From positions 11,470,001-11,534,000 of the forward strand of contig OX597828.1 in the NCBI GenBank assembly GCA_951406725.2: a DNA stretch of 64,000 bases, in the 5' to 3' direction. The notes under the pieces were generated by a model. That model was given only the letters and a program-made list of their open reading frames with translations, was not told where the DNA came from and ran no database searches. The translations under genes were made by a program, and so were the position numbers. The DNA is from Octopus vulgaris (lineage: Eukaryota). How positions within the stretch are numbered: position 1 is the first letter of the stretch; the number at the start of each line of letters is the position of its first letter. Of this stretch, positions 1 through 12,487 are shown one piece after another.

Positions 1-54
1 ACAGAATGCTTGCACAGGGAACTCTACTAAAGGCACTTTGGGCCAGATGGGACC

Positions 55-262
55 CTAGAATTGAGAAAGCAAAGAGACATAATGCACTTTGATACTGTAT
101 CAATCCTGCCAACCCACTGTCCTAGACTGGTACTTTATTTTATGATCCTGAAACCTCAAAATTAAAGTTGACATGAGTAGAAGTCAAACAAAGAGCACAG
201 ACATCTGGAGCCCATACCACAAGGTATTTTGTGCTGCACTCTAATCATTCTGTCAATTCACT
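55..262 (-). mobile_element. Degenerate SINE family C copy
   Basis: ctggtactttattttatgatcctgaaa...aaagttgac...aaggtattttg resembles the reverse complement of the 3241-3482 element. Confidence 0.5.
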
Positions 263-309
263 GTTTCAGTGTATATATAAAAGAAGAATATACACAGAAT
301 CGGAAAGGA

Positions 310-675
310 AGAAAGTTTTTTTATGGTTTTAAGGCTCAGTTCCACTTTGTGATACATTAGGGAAGTGTCTTCCCTTAGAGCCTCAAGCCAAACAATGCCT
401 TGTGAGTAAATTGATAGAAGGAAACTGTGTAGAAACCTGCTGTATATAAATGTATAAATGTGTGTGTGTGTGTGTCTCTATGTTTTGTCTCCCAACCACT
501 TTACATCCAGTGTTGGTTTGTTTATATCCATGTAACTTAGCAGTTGGGCAAAACAACCAACAGAATAAGTACCAGACTTAGAAAGAAAAGTACAGGGGTT
601 GGATTTGTTTGACTAAACCCTTCACTGCAGTGCTCCAGGATGGCCAAAGCCCAATAGCTGAAACAAGTAAAAAAT
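310..675 (+). mobile_element. tRNA-derived SINE family A (degenerate)
   Basis: Matches other copies: ...aagtgtctt...gccttgtgagt...ggaaactg [TG microsatellite] ...gtaacttagcagtt...agaataagtacc...gctccag...ctgaaacaagtaaaa. Confidence 0.75.
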
Positions 676-1366
676 ATAAAAGGGGAAAAAAGTACAACTC
701 CCCAAAATGCAACAAGGCTACCAAAGAGACGAAGCTACAGGCTGTTTGAAATTTCCTTGTAATCTTGAGCAAATATGTATCATGCTTTATGGGACAAATG
801 ATTTGGGAAAATACTTGTGTCTTTGATTTTCATATTTACCATTAATATGCATGTCACATTTGTGATAAGAAAATCCTTTGTGCTTAGGATCACACACAAA
901 AACAAAAAATTGTTTTCTTAAATTAGAAATGTTGCAATTTTCTTTTATCAAATTCTATTGCAAGATTTTAACTAAAATGTGTTTTTTTGTAAATTCTCAA
1001 ATGCATATTAAAGTGGAATAGTTTTAATTAATCTCATGCAGTGTTTAATTGTTACAAAATACAGTTCTTATACTGGTGTGGTTTCAATCTAATGTTAAAA
1101 CGCTACAATGGAATATTCATTGTTATTAAAATTCCATCTTGACTAACACAAGAAATTATGTAAAATATCCTGCAGCACACAAAACTGAACCTGGATCTCA
1201 TAATAACAAACTCAACTAAATAACAATACGGCATAAAACAAGTCTACACACACACACAGAGAAATGCAGAGTTTTATACATCTGTAAATAAACCATTACA
1301 AACAGACAAAAGCACAACTTACACATAAGCACACATACACAAACACATATACACACAATGTGTTTT

Positions 1367-1443
<77 letters not shown>

Positions 1444-2172
1444 GTATGTATATATTTATATGTATGTATGTAATTGATATAAAGTTGGAGAGTAGACCTC
1501 ATTACTGGAAAGAAGAGAAGCCTGATTGAACGAGACCGCCATTTATCCAATGTTGTTTATCAGGGTGCTGTGACATCTTGTCGCATTAATTAGTACCAAT
1601 GAAGATGTGTAATTAGCGTGCAGCTCACTGCAAACTTGCCAATTGTCTCTAATTTCAGAGAAGTAGTTATTTGCAAAATACTCTGCAAACCGGTCAGGTT
1701 TGTAGCCGAGAAGAACACCGAAGCAATCATAAATTGCTCCATCAATGCTACGTAGGAAGAAGTGCTATAGAAGATTAATTACATAATGGCAAAATAATAG
1801 AGCAAAGAAGGCTGGTGATCTATCAGAATTCCACAAACGAAGCACAAGAGATTTCCAAATTCATAAATAAGATTTTGCTCAGAGGTAAACTTTATTTAAG
1901 ACACGCACATACACACAGAATTACACATACACATACGTGCAAGCATATATATGCACATGTGTGAGAGTGTATATGAACACGTAGAGGAAGAGACAGAGAC
2001 ACACATAGAGATTAATGCCAGCTAAGATTTATGTCACCAAGCTAGGAAGCTCTCATTTATTTATCTATCTATTTATTCATCTCCATGCTTATCTAGTTCA
2101 TACTATATCTAACCACTCTCTCTATCAATCTGTCGATCTATCTATCTATCTATTTATCTACCTACAAACCAA

Positions 2173-2223
<51 letters not shown>

Positions 2224-2552
2224 GTCTATATATCTATCTATCTCTGTTGTGTTATGCCTTTCTTTTTACCTCTTTCCATAATGTGATTATCTACGCGCCA
2301 CCATCTAAGGATTCAGTGACTGTGTAAGCATTTAATTTGTATACTTTGTGCTTCTTTAATAAATCAGCATATTGTGTATAATAAAGCATATTTTAATAGG
2401 GGGAGAGAGAAGGAGTGAAAGTGAGTGGTATATGTGCATACATCCATGTGTGTGCACAAATGAAGCACTTGCAATCATTTCATTCAACAGGTATTAGCAG
2501 CAAACAAAGTATCATCGCAGCATTCACCAATCTATTTATACAAATATCTAGT

Positions 2553-2840
2553 TTATTAAAGCTGAAAAAATATCCACAAACTGTTACTCAGAGTTTCATG
2601 TTACTGTTCACCAGACAGTTGTGAGCATACTAAAATAAAAAATTAACACCAGCTAAGAAGTTCTCATTTATTAATCTATCAATTTGATTTTTGTACGATC
2701 ACAACTGTCCAACAAACAGTAATATGAAACTGAATAACAACAGTTTATGAAGATGACTTTGGCTTTAATAATAAGTATATTACTCTACCTTTGGTATTTG
2801 AGTACTAATCTTTTATCATCTTGTTTTGCATCTATGAGCT
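2553..2840 (+). mobile_element. Penelope-like fold-back element with paired degenerate hammerhead motifs (family H2)
   Basis: Inverted arms ~2553-2624 and ~2699-2771. Left arm on the minus strand reads aactgt-CTGGTGA-acagtaacat-GAAA-ctctgag-TA-acagtt. Tail shared with 11900-11970 and 13719-13790. Confidence 0.65.
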
Positions 2841-3240
2841 TTTTTGTGTATATAGATATCTACGTAGTTGTGTATATCTTCATTGTTTTACACCTGTTTT
2901 TCATGCTGGCAAGGGTTGCACACTTCACCTCAGTAAAAGTCAGCACATATTTGAGGTGTGCTCTTCACCTAGAAGGGTCAAAGAGACTTACAATTTTAAA
3001 AAAAAAATTTGGCTTGATTCCTACAGCATTATGCCCTTCCTAACACCAACCACTTTGCAGAGACAACTGAGTGTTTTCTCATGGTGCCAGCAATGGAGAA
3101 GTAATAATGTCTTTGACACAATTAAAGGAACTTCACAGACCTTCATCACAGCTTGACTGGTAGCTTCTTTACTGGGTAGGAGGCAACAAATAATAATTAT
3201 GAAAAGAAAGACACGTGATAGGAGAAATGTATAAGCAATG

Positions 3241-3482
3241 GGATGGCAAGCTGGCAGAAACGTTAGCACACCAGGCCTGGGTGAAATGCTTAGAGGTATT
3301 TCGTCTGCCGTTACATTGTGAGTTCAAACTCCACCAAGGTCGACTTTGCCATTCATCCTTTCGGGGTCGATTAATTAAGTACCTATTTACGTACTGGGGT
3401 TGATGTAATTTACTTAAACCCTTTGTCTGTCCTTGTTCGTCCCCTCTATGTTTAGCCTCCTGTGGGCAATAAAGAAATAAAT
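3241..3482 (+). mobile_element. tRNA-derived SINE family C
   Basis: Head gctggcagaaacgttagca, B-box-like gagttcaaactcc, core ggtcgactttgccattcatcctttcggggtcga, tail tgtgggcaataaagaaataa. A close reverse copy lies at 18212-18446. Confidence 0.85.
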
Positions 3483-4199
3483 GTATAAGTAATGAGGAAT
3501 GAGTGCTGGGGGTACTCAATGTTCTGAGATATGTCTGTACATTAAGGACAGCATGAGCAAGAGGGTAGGACGAAAACAAGATGTGAGTCAAAAGATAGAG
3601 CCATGACAGATACTGAAAATGTGTGGGAGAGAAGAATCGATAGAGGGAGAAATGTAAAAAGTGTGTGTGAGTGAGTTAGAAAGAGTGAAAGAAAGATATG
3701 GACAAAAAAGAGAGGAAATATTACAGAGGGCTGAGAGAGAAGGCTGTGTGAGTGAGAGAAACACAGAAAGAGAAAAAGACAGAGAGAAGAGAGAAAGAAA
3801 CAGAGAAAGACAAGTTTCTATAGAAGTTGAAAGAGAGAGGGAAAGTGGGAGAGAAAGAGAGATGCTGATGTTTGATACTGTAGGTGTGTTCTATAGGTGA
3901 AAGCAAAAGAAAGCCAGCACAAAGAGAGGGGGAAAGCAGGTGAGAAAGAGACACTGATGTTTGATATTGTATGTATTTGTGTGTGTGTGTGTGTGTGTGT
4001 GTGTCTGTGTGTGCATGCATGCGGCATTTCACAATCGCCATTTATTTCAATCCCTCTTGTGACGATATTCATGTAACTTTCACTCATTTTTTTTCATTTA
4101 ATCCTCATTTAAATTTTCAAAAAAGTTTCCAAGAAAAATGTTCTCACTCTCTACAAGAGGAAACAGGGTAGATGTAGATGATCAGTATCCTACAGTGAA

Positions 4200-5360
4200 G
4201 CAAAGATGAGTAGATGTAGCCACAGTAAGGTCACTAGAGACCCCTGCACAACGGCAGAAAAGATGTGAAAATGACCAAAGGAGGGCTGCTGCACGCAGAG
4301 CCAATGAGTCACAATAGGCATGGGAAAAACGGTTAGAATAATTATGTCAACAAAATACAATCTACAGGAGCCAAGAGTTTAAAAAGGAAAGAGAAAAACG
4401 CTTAAAGGATGCGAGACAAAGACAAGCTGCAAGATTTGCCAATGAGGCAATAAGTCAGTGAAGATGAAAAAAAGAAAAAAACCCAGAGGAAACAGTTGCT
4501 GCAAGAGTACACCAATCCTCAGAGGTAAGATGTAAGCATCTCCATCAAGATAGGCTGAATATGTTTGACAAAAGAGTTGCACCTTTTATGGGGTCTTGGA
4601 AAGATCCAAAACATCATTATTCTATAGAGAAATTGATTGATATTGGAGCAATGTCAAAAGAGTGCATTTTGTATTAAAGGAAAGAAATGGTAAAGAAAGA
4701 TCTCCACTGCGTGCTGTGGTGGAGGAATGGTTGTTTTACCAACGTTTGGTACACCCCCAGATACTTTCAAGGCATTGCTTTTAGGAAATACACCATGGAG
4801 CATGCACTTATTGAAAAACATTAGAAATAATAATTCTACTTTCCAAATGTTTTTACTTTGATAGCAATATTATAAGAGAAGGGAACATGAAACCAACTTT
4901 TAAAGGTCAAGGTCACGTATACCATCGTATTGGGTCTTTGTTGCCAACTGAAGGCAAAAATCCTCAGCTTATACAGCTATATTTTGTGGCAAATTACAAG
5001 GAGCAGGCTTTGCAATGGTAATTTAACCTTCCAAATTTGAAAGAAGACTTATTCTTTGATCTGGAAGATATGTTGCATGCAAACAACAGCTACAGCAAAA
5101 GTTTCAAGTATGCACTGGAATCTGCACTACCAACTGAATACAAGATAGATATTGATGCAGACAAAAAGCCTATTGCTGAGCACAGAGGCTGTTAAAATGC
5201 CTCTGTGCAAATGAAGTAGCAGCAATTATCACAGGCGATGAGTATGGGAAGAGAGATACTATTATTCAAGGAAGAGGAAATGCAACCTACCAATCATATG
5301 ATGCACTCTAGTATCCATTAACCTGTGTATTTGGCCAAGATGGAGATCACTTTGGTATAA
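4200..5360 (+). pseudogene. Decayed Helitron Rep/helicase coding fragment (N-terminal region)
   Basis: Frameshifted translation gives DIGAMSKEC...CCGGGMVVLP...KNIRKYNSTFQM...FKGQGHVYHRIGSLLP...QLYF...HANNSYSKSFK...NEVAAII...SYDAL*YPL...GQDG, motifs typical of the Helitron RepHel N-terminus. Multiple stops. Confidence 0.85.
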
Positions 5361-6074
5361 AAAATAAAAAAGCAAGTACGTAATTCCCTTCAACATATGA
5401 GATAGAATTTTTCTCCCTTCATAAAAGTGGTAAATTTTGCATTTTTGTTTTTCATTATCATTATTTTTCTTTCTTTTCTTTTTTTTTTGTGTATTATGAA
5501 TTCAGAATTGATTTCCCTATTCAGAATTCAGAATTGATTTCCTTACTCAAGGAAACAATGCACTACCTGGTCCAAGAATGGAGCTTATGGCCTCATGATT
5601 TTCAAGCAAATACTCTTGCCCACAAGGCCACATTTTTCATATTTTTAACAAAGCAAAATATAATTTGAGGTTACATTTGGCTTTTATGATTTTATCAGCC
5701 CTGAATCTTTTGGAATTCTAGGTTAAATTTTGCAGGAAGAATCAAATAAGGGAAACCCTAAAGTTCGTGGAATTTTGACTACAGAATTCTCCATTTATGA
5801 AAGTCGTAAAGTATAACTCCCGATTTCAGGAAAGGCTTGTAATTCAGTGCTTATGAAATTATAAATTGAAAGAAAAATTCTATTCTAAAAATTTGAAAAG
5901 CTAAAATCACAATATACAGGTATATAGTAATTAAAATTATATTTAGAGGTAACTGGTGATATATTTTCTTGTCATTTGTTGCCCCTGGGTGGTTTCTTGT
6001 CTGCTGTTGCCCCTAATGGATTTCACTTTTGTACACAAACTGTACATAGAATACAATGAACTGTTCTCAGCCAA

Positions 6075-6178
6075 AATGACTCAAAAGAGGCCATCAGCTG
6101 GAAGTAAACACAGTAATGCAAAGAAGAGTCATAAAGGGATTATACTGGACATTAAACTCGATGTTCTACAAAGGCTAA
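6075..6178 (+). pseudogene. Tigger/pogo transposase N-terminal relic
   Basis: MTQKRPSAGSKHSNAKKSHKGIILDIKLDVLQR resembles the basic leader and CENP-B-like HTH start of Tigger transposases. Truncated. Confidence 0.5.
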
Positions 6179-6594
6179 TCCATTAAATGCCAGACGTAAT
6201 TTTCTCATAGATTTCATATGATGTTTAATATGGTACAGCTCCCAAGTGCGTAGATTGATGTAATGTGCTAGTAAATATAATGGTGATTCAAGGAAAAGCT
6301 AAAAGTTTATTCATATTCATTCCCCAATGTATTTCTCTTCAAACGTTTTTATTTATATACAGCCATATATGTTTAAAAATTATTATTTTCTGACATAAAA
6401 ATGGTTGATTAATCATTGTTTTTTTGTTTGTTTGTTTTATTATTCTTTATTATTATTTTGTTCCAGATGAAAAATGTAGTGACACACCTCAATGTATAGC
6501 ATGAAAGACAATAACAAAATACGTTTCTTATTGCAGAATTCCATGTATATCTCTGTGACATATTTAATGCAACCAGAGAGAATATATTTCTATA

Positions 6595-6639
<45 letters not shown>

Positions 6640-6721
6640 GAAATCGAACTGGTGAGCATGTTAATTGATAAAGCATTAAAACAGAATGACTCTCCCCAGA
6701 CACAATAATATATATATTAAT

Positions 6722-6761
<40 letters not shown>

Positions 6762-6763
<2 letters not shown>

Positions 6764-7130
6764 CATCATCATCATCATCATCATCATCGTTTAACGTCCG
6801 CTTTCCATGCTAGCATGGGTTGGACGGTTCAACTGGGGTCTGGCAAGCCCGAAGGCTGCACCAGGCCAGTCAGATCTGGCAGTGTTTCTACAGCTGGATG
6901 CCCTTCCTAACGCCAACCACTCCGAGAGTGTAGTGGGTGATTTTATGTGCCACCAACACAGGTGCCAGACGAGGCTGGCAGACGGCCACGCTCGGATGGT
7001 GTTTTTTTATGTGCCACCGACACAGGTGCCAGACGAGGCTGGCAGACGGCCACGCTCGGATGGTGTTTTTTGTGCCACCGACACAGGTGCCAGACGAGGC
7101 TGGCAGACAGCCACGCTCGGATGGTGTTTT

Positions 7131-7132
<2 letters not shown>
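6762..7132 (-). mobile_element. RTE LINE 3'UTR/tail fragment with three internal tandem repeats
   Basis: Reverse complement of the 9200-9480 tail, ending in (GAT)n. Unit gtgccaccgacacaggtgccagacgaggctggcagacggccacgctcggatggtgtttt occurs three times at 6947-7130. Confidence 0.85.
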
Positions 7133-7182
<50 letters not shown>

Positions 7183-7247
7183 TATGTATATGTATATAAA
7201 TCTAATCCAGTCAGGAATATCAGAAAAATATTACATACATACATACA

Positions 7248-7490
7248 TATCATCATCAACTTCATTTAGCATCCGTTGTCCATGCTGGCATGGGTTGGAT
7301 GGTTTGGCCAAGGCTGGCAAGCTGGAAGGCTACACCAGAATCTAGTCTCATTTGGTATGGTTTCTATGGCTGGTTGCCTTTCTTAACATCAACCACTCTG
7401 AGAGTGTAGTGGGTGCTTCTACATGCCACTAGCACAGGTGCCATATGCTTGACACCTGTATCTGCCGTGACGGCAATTTTACTTGGCTTG
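7248..7490 (-). mobile_element. RTE LINE 3' tail fragment
   Basis: Same tail family (ccatgctggcatgggttgga...aaccactctgagagtgtagtgggtgc). Confidence 0.75.
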
Positions 7491-7506
7491 ATATATATAC
7501 ACATAA

Positions 7507-7539
<33 letters not shown>

Positions 7540-7629
7540 CACATATATATATACATATATGTGTATGTATGTGTATATGTATATATATACATATATATAT
7601 ATTATTTATATTATTATTTGATTGAACAC

Positions 7630-8215
7630 CACACATCCATTTCCAAGTAAGTTTATCTTAATCTTTTTGATGCAACACTACTCTATACTGTTTACTCCCC
7701 CATCGTTTTCTCTCTCCTCCCTTCTCTAATTCCTTTTTTCTCTCCTTCACCATTTTCTATCTGTCTCTCTCTCTCCCCCTCTTTCTCTGTTACTCTCACC
7801 CATTTCTCATATGTGATTAACATCCATCTTTCTTTCCCTCACATGATCATCTTTCTTTTCTTGCAGGGCTGTCCTAAAGACTGGACGTATCCCATCTCTC
7901 TCTTCTATCTTTTCTCTTGCCAAAGAAAATATTTCTCCATCATTCGCTATTTTACCCTCGATCTGGTCTAATGACCCTCCAGGTTTGTTTTTGTTCAGTT
8001 TCCTTGTATGTCTCCACTAACCTGCTTTTGTGCCCAACTTTGACCCTCCATAAGTCCAAAATTTCATTTTGGTACTTATGGGAGCAACTGTCGTCAAATA
8101 CTCATTTTGTCATTCTTTATGTTACTTGTCCTGTTTTCCATTTGTTTCTCTCGTTATTTGTGTATTGAACTCATTTGTTTTCATATTTCATGTTGCTTAC
8201 TGTTGGTGATGTCCT
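7630..8215. repeat. Unclassified interspersed repeat
   Basis: 7630-7860 matches the reverse complement of ~30480-30710 (catccatttccaagtaa...tttgatgcaac...ctctatactg...cttctctaattcc). Confidence 0.5.
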
Positions 8216-8217
8216 GT

Positions 8218-8285
<68 letters not shown>

Positions 8286-8361
8286 CTATACATATATATA
8301 TATCTATACATATATATATATATATCTATACATATATATATATATATATATATCTATACAT

Positions 8362-9477
8362 ACTCGACAGAGCGTTAGCACCTTGAGAGAAATGTTGTAC
8401 CTAAGAAGCATCAGTTGTGGTGTGCAAGAGAGACGATTGCGCTGGTATGGTCATGTGGCGAGAATGGATGAAGATAGGTGTGTGAGAAAGTGCCAATCCC
8501 TAGCAGTTGAGGGAACCCGTGGAAGAGGTAGACCCAGGAAAACCTGGGACGAGGTGGTGAAGCACGACCTTCGAACTTTAGGCCTCACTGAGGAAATGAC
8601 CAGAGACCGAGACCTTTGGAAATATTCTGTACGTGAGAAGACCAGGCAGGACAAGTGAGCCCAGCCCACTTATGAATGCCTTTCCTCCCTTGGACACAAA
8701 GACCGGTTGAGGCAAGCGAAGTCGATATAGAACCTCATCCGACGACAGACACCCATGCCAACACCCCATGCTTGCGAAGACATGTTGGGGCAAGCGAAAT
8801 CGAAATCGAAACCGAATTGAACCAGCCAGGATCCCTGGCCTGGTGGTACGTAAAAAGCACTATCCGACTCGTGGCCGTGGCACGTAAAATACTCCAATGC
8901 GACCGTACGACAGGCACCCATGCCAACCCCCTTTGCTTGTGAAGACATGTTGGGGCAAGCGAAATCGAAATCGAATTGAACCAGCCAGGATCCCTGGTCT
9001 GGCGGTACGTAAAAAGCACTATCCGACTCGTGGCCGTGGCACGTAAAATACTCCAATGCGACCGTACGACAGGCACCCATGCCAACCCCCTTTGCTTGTG
9101 AAGACATGTTGGGGCAAGCGAAATCGAAATCGAATTGAACCAGCCAGGATCCCTGGTCTGGTGGTACGTAAAAAGCACTATCCGACTCGTGGCCGATGCC
9201 AGCACCGCCTCGACTGGCTTCCGTGCCGGTGGCACATAAAATACACCAATCTGACCGTGGCCGTTGCCAGCCCCGCCTGGCACCTGTGCAGGTGGCACGT
9301 AAAAAGCACCCACTACACTCACGGAGTGGTTGGCGTTAGGAAGGGCATCCAGCTGTAGAAACATTGCCAGATTAGACTGGAGCCTGGTGCAGCCTTCTGG
9401 CTTCCCAGAACCCCAGTCGAACTGTCCAACCCATGCTAGCATGGAGAACAGACGTTAAACGACGACGATGATGATGA

Positions 9478-9480
<3 letters not shown>
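8362..9480 (+). mobile_element. 5'-truncated RTE-clade LINE (ORF C-terminus to 8658, 3'UTR, (GAT)n tail)
   Basis: [48 protein letters not shown]...RDRDLWK is the characteristic RTE ORF C-terminus. Ends in gacgttaaac(gat)n and is flanked by (TA)n. Confidence 0.92.
8745..9195 (+). repeat. 159-bp tandem repeat (~2.8 copies) in RTE 3'UTR
   Basis: cacgtaaaatactcc at 8881 and 9040 (period 159). Also shows as 53-aa repeats in overlapping ORFs. Confidence 0.9.
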
Positions 9481-9515
<35 letters not shown>

Positions 9516-9675
9516 TATATATCTATATACATATATATCTATACACATATATATATATACATATGTAAATTTATACATATATATATATATATACATATAT
9601 ATATAAACATATATATATATATATATACATATATATATCTATATCTATATATATATATATCTATCTATATATCTA

Positions 9676-9717
<42 letters not shown>

Positions 9718-9723
9718 ATAATG

Positions 9724-9759
<36 letters not shown>

Positions 9760-11094
9760 TTACGGAATATGATTCCAAACTTACAGGGAAAAATTCAATT
9801 TAGTATTACTAAATAAAATTTCACAATATATAATACATGTATATAAATTAGAGAAGAACCACCATGTAGCAATTCAACAATGATATACTTAAATCATACC
9901 ATATAGAAAGAATTAAAGATACGATAAAACATTTACCTAGAACTAAATAAATTATGAAATAATAAATAAAAAGTATATAATTAGTAAACATATATATATA
10001 TATATATATATTTTATTTATATTATTATATATAGGTATGAATCTATGTTTGCATGTGTGTGAGTTGTTACTATCTCTTTGTCTTGACATCACAATAGTTG
10101 TAAATGAAAGTCACCATCACACAAGTGGTGTCTTTTGTTTCTAGTCTTCTGTGGAAAGCAGCTTGGTCATGGGGTAAATATTACCTTCCTTGGAAACAGG
10201 TGGGAGTTCATAATAGGAGGGGCAACGGTCCATAGGAAATCTGCCTCAGGGAATTCTTTCTGACCCATGAATGCATGGAAAAGCAGTCATGGTGGTGATG
10301 ATGATTATGGTGGTCGTGGTGATGATGATGATGATGATGGTAGTGGTGGTGATAGTGATGATGGTAATGATGTTGACAACGACAGCAATGACGATGATGA
10401 TGATGAAGAATAGGGGCATAAGTTTTTGTTAACTACTGTAGCTCTAACGATATCAACTGACTTCATAATAACAACAGCAAAACACTCCTTCAAATTGATT
10501 TTGGCAAACCTTCCAGAATGATTCCAATGGATTGGGATTTAACAAGAGAGCAAAATGAAGAAATCCTTTAAAATAAAATCACAAAGAAAACACAAATATC
10601 ATTTTCAATGTAGAAATCAGAAATCTTAACACAATCTAAATTATCATTCTTCCAATCTCTCTCTGTATGTATGTATGCATGCATGCATGTAAGCTTGTAC
10701 ATGTGTGTGTAGGATTTGAATTAGAAGATTTGTGAGCTTATTGGACAAATACACTTGAGTACTGCTTCCAACGCTTTACTTTCTGAGTTCAAACTTCACC
10801 AATATTAACAATGCTTTTCATCCTTCTGAGGGTCAAGGATAAGGTTTGATAAAATACCACTCAAATATTGGAGTTGGTTTTTCTTATTTTTTCCTTAGAC
10901 TTTCTCTCAGAATGAGTTCCACTGCATGATGAATAGTGTTGCTTGGCTGTAAGCAATGACGGAAGGTGAAGTAAATGCTTTACGACCTCTACTCATATAG
11001 AATGTTATAAAACTGTCCAGAGAAACCAGACGTAGTGGAGGGGCAGGGGTGAACCAAAGTACTGTACAGAACAGAAAACTTCGCAAAAAATTTT

Positions 11095-11327
11095 ACATAT
11101 CCTTCGCCATATCGAAGTTCACCTATTGTGGTTCACTTATTGCAGTTTATTATTTGAGATTATGTCGATTCCTCCATGGTCGTTATTTTGCATTTATAAT
11201 AAAATAAATATATATAAATTATAAAAATAATACAGAAAATATACAGTACTGTTTCTATTTTGTGCATTTTCACCTATCGCAGAGGGTTATGGAACGTAAC
11301 ACGTGCAATAATCAAGGGATTACTGTA
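11095..11327. mobile_element. Tigger-like MITE remnant
   Basis: Terminus ...caataatcaagggattactg|ta is a pogo/Tigger-type TIR (cagtaatccc) with TA flank. The other end is degenerate. Confidence 0.5.
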
Positions 11328-11659
11328 CATTTAAAACCGGTTAAGATAGCGAAATGGTGTGAGGGTGGTTACTCTGGCATTGAGGTAGATCCAGCCACTT
11401 CTTTAACAGGGGCAAAACCCGGATTCAAAATGATGGATGGATGGATGTGACTGTGTGGTAAGAAGCTTGCTTCCCAACCACATGGTTCCAGGTTCAGTCC
11501 AAATGCATGGCACCTTGGGCAAGAATCTTATATTGTAACCTTGAGTCAACCAAAGCCTTCCTAGTGAATTTGTTAGACAGAAGCTGAAAGAAGCCTGTTG
11601 AATATATATACACACACACATAAATATACATACATATATATAAATATACTTACATAAAT

Positions 11660-11702
<43 letters not shown>

Positions 11703-11706
<4 letters not shown>

Positions 11707-11843
11707 GTTGTCCCAAAAGTTCGTAAACACTTGCGAAAATTTAATTTTTACTCGCCAAGTACTAACAAAAACAACAAAAATTATTCCTCAAAATAAAGAC
11801 CATTATTTTCCAAGACTTTCTACGAACTTTTGGGACAACCTTA
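11703..11843. mobile_element. Mariner-type MITE
   Basis: TIRs aggttgtcccaaaagttcgta and tacgaacttttgggacaacct, with TA flanks. Confidence 0.9.
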
Positions 11844-11850
11844 TATATGT

Positions 11851-11970
11851 ATGCTTTATTTAAAAGCTTTTGCTATATTTCTGCTGCTTTTAAATAAAGC
11901 ATATTACTCTACCTCTGGTATTTGAGTACTCTTTTTTCCACCTTGTTTCACATTTATGTGCTTACTCCGG
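11851..11970 (+). mobile_element. Internally collapsed copy of fold-back family H2
   Basis: Outer arm ends atgctttatttaaaagc and gcttttaaataaagcat are retained. The hairpin centre (both HHR motifs) is missing. The tail closely matches the reverse complement of 13719-13790. Confidence 0.75.
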
Positions 11971-12232
11971 TATGTATATATATATATATATATATATAAA
12001 TATACTTACAAAAATATATATGTATGTGTGCGTATCTTTGTGTTTGTCACCCCATCACTGTTTGACAACTGGTGTGTTTACATCCTCATAAAGAGACTGA
12101 TAGAATAAGTACTAGGCTTAAAATAATAAGTCTAGGGGTCAATTTGTTCAATTAAAACCCAACAAGGCAGTACTCCAGCATGGCCACAGTAAAAAAAACT
12201 GAAACAATTAAAAGACCATACATACATATCAT

Positions 12233-12265
<33 letters not shown>

Positions 12266-12487
12266 CATACATACATACATACATACATCTTTTCTGGTTA
12301 AGAAACTCACTTAGCAACTTCATGGCTGTGGGTTCAATCTCACAGTGTAGCACCTTGACTAGTGTCTTGTATTATATCAATAGGCAGTAAAATGCCTTGA
12401 GAGTGAAATTGGTAAATGGAAATTGTGTGGAATCCCACTGTATGTGCATGTGTGTGTGTGTGTCTGTCTTTGTGTCTGTTTTAGTGA

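Larger units (their letters stand above)
11445..12215 (+). mobile_element. SINE family A interrupted by nested insertions
   Basis: Head 11445-11600 (gtgtggtaagaagcttgcttcccaaccacatggttccaggttcagtcc). Tail 12035-12215. Confidence 0.85.

Noticed and set aside
8670-9442. Minus-strand ORFs with 53-aa repeats
   Set aside because: Antisense reading of the 159-bp tandem repeat in an RTE 3'UTR.
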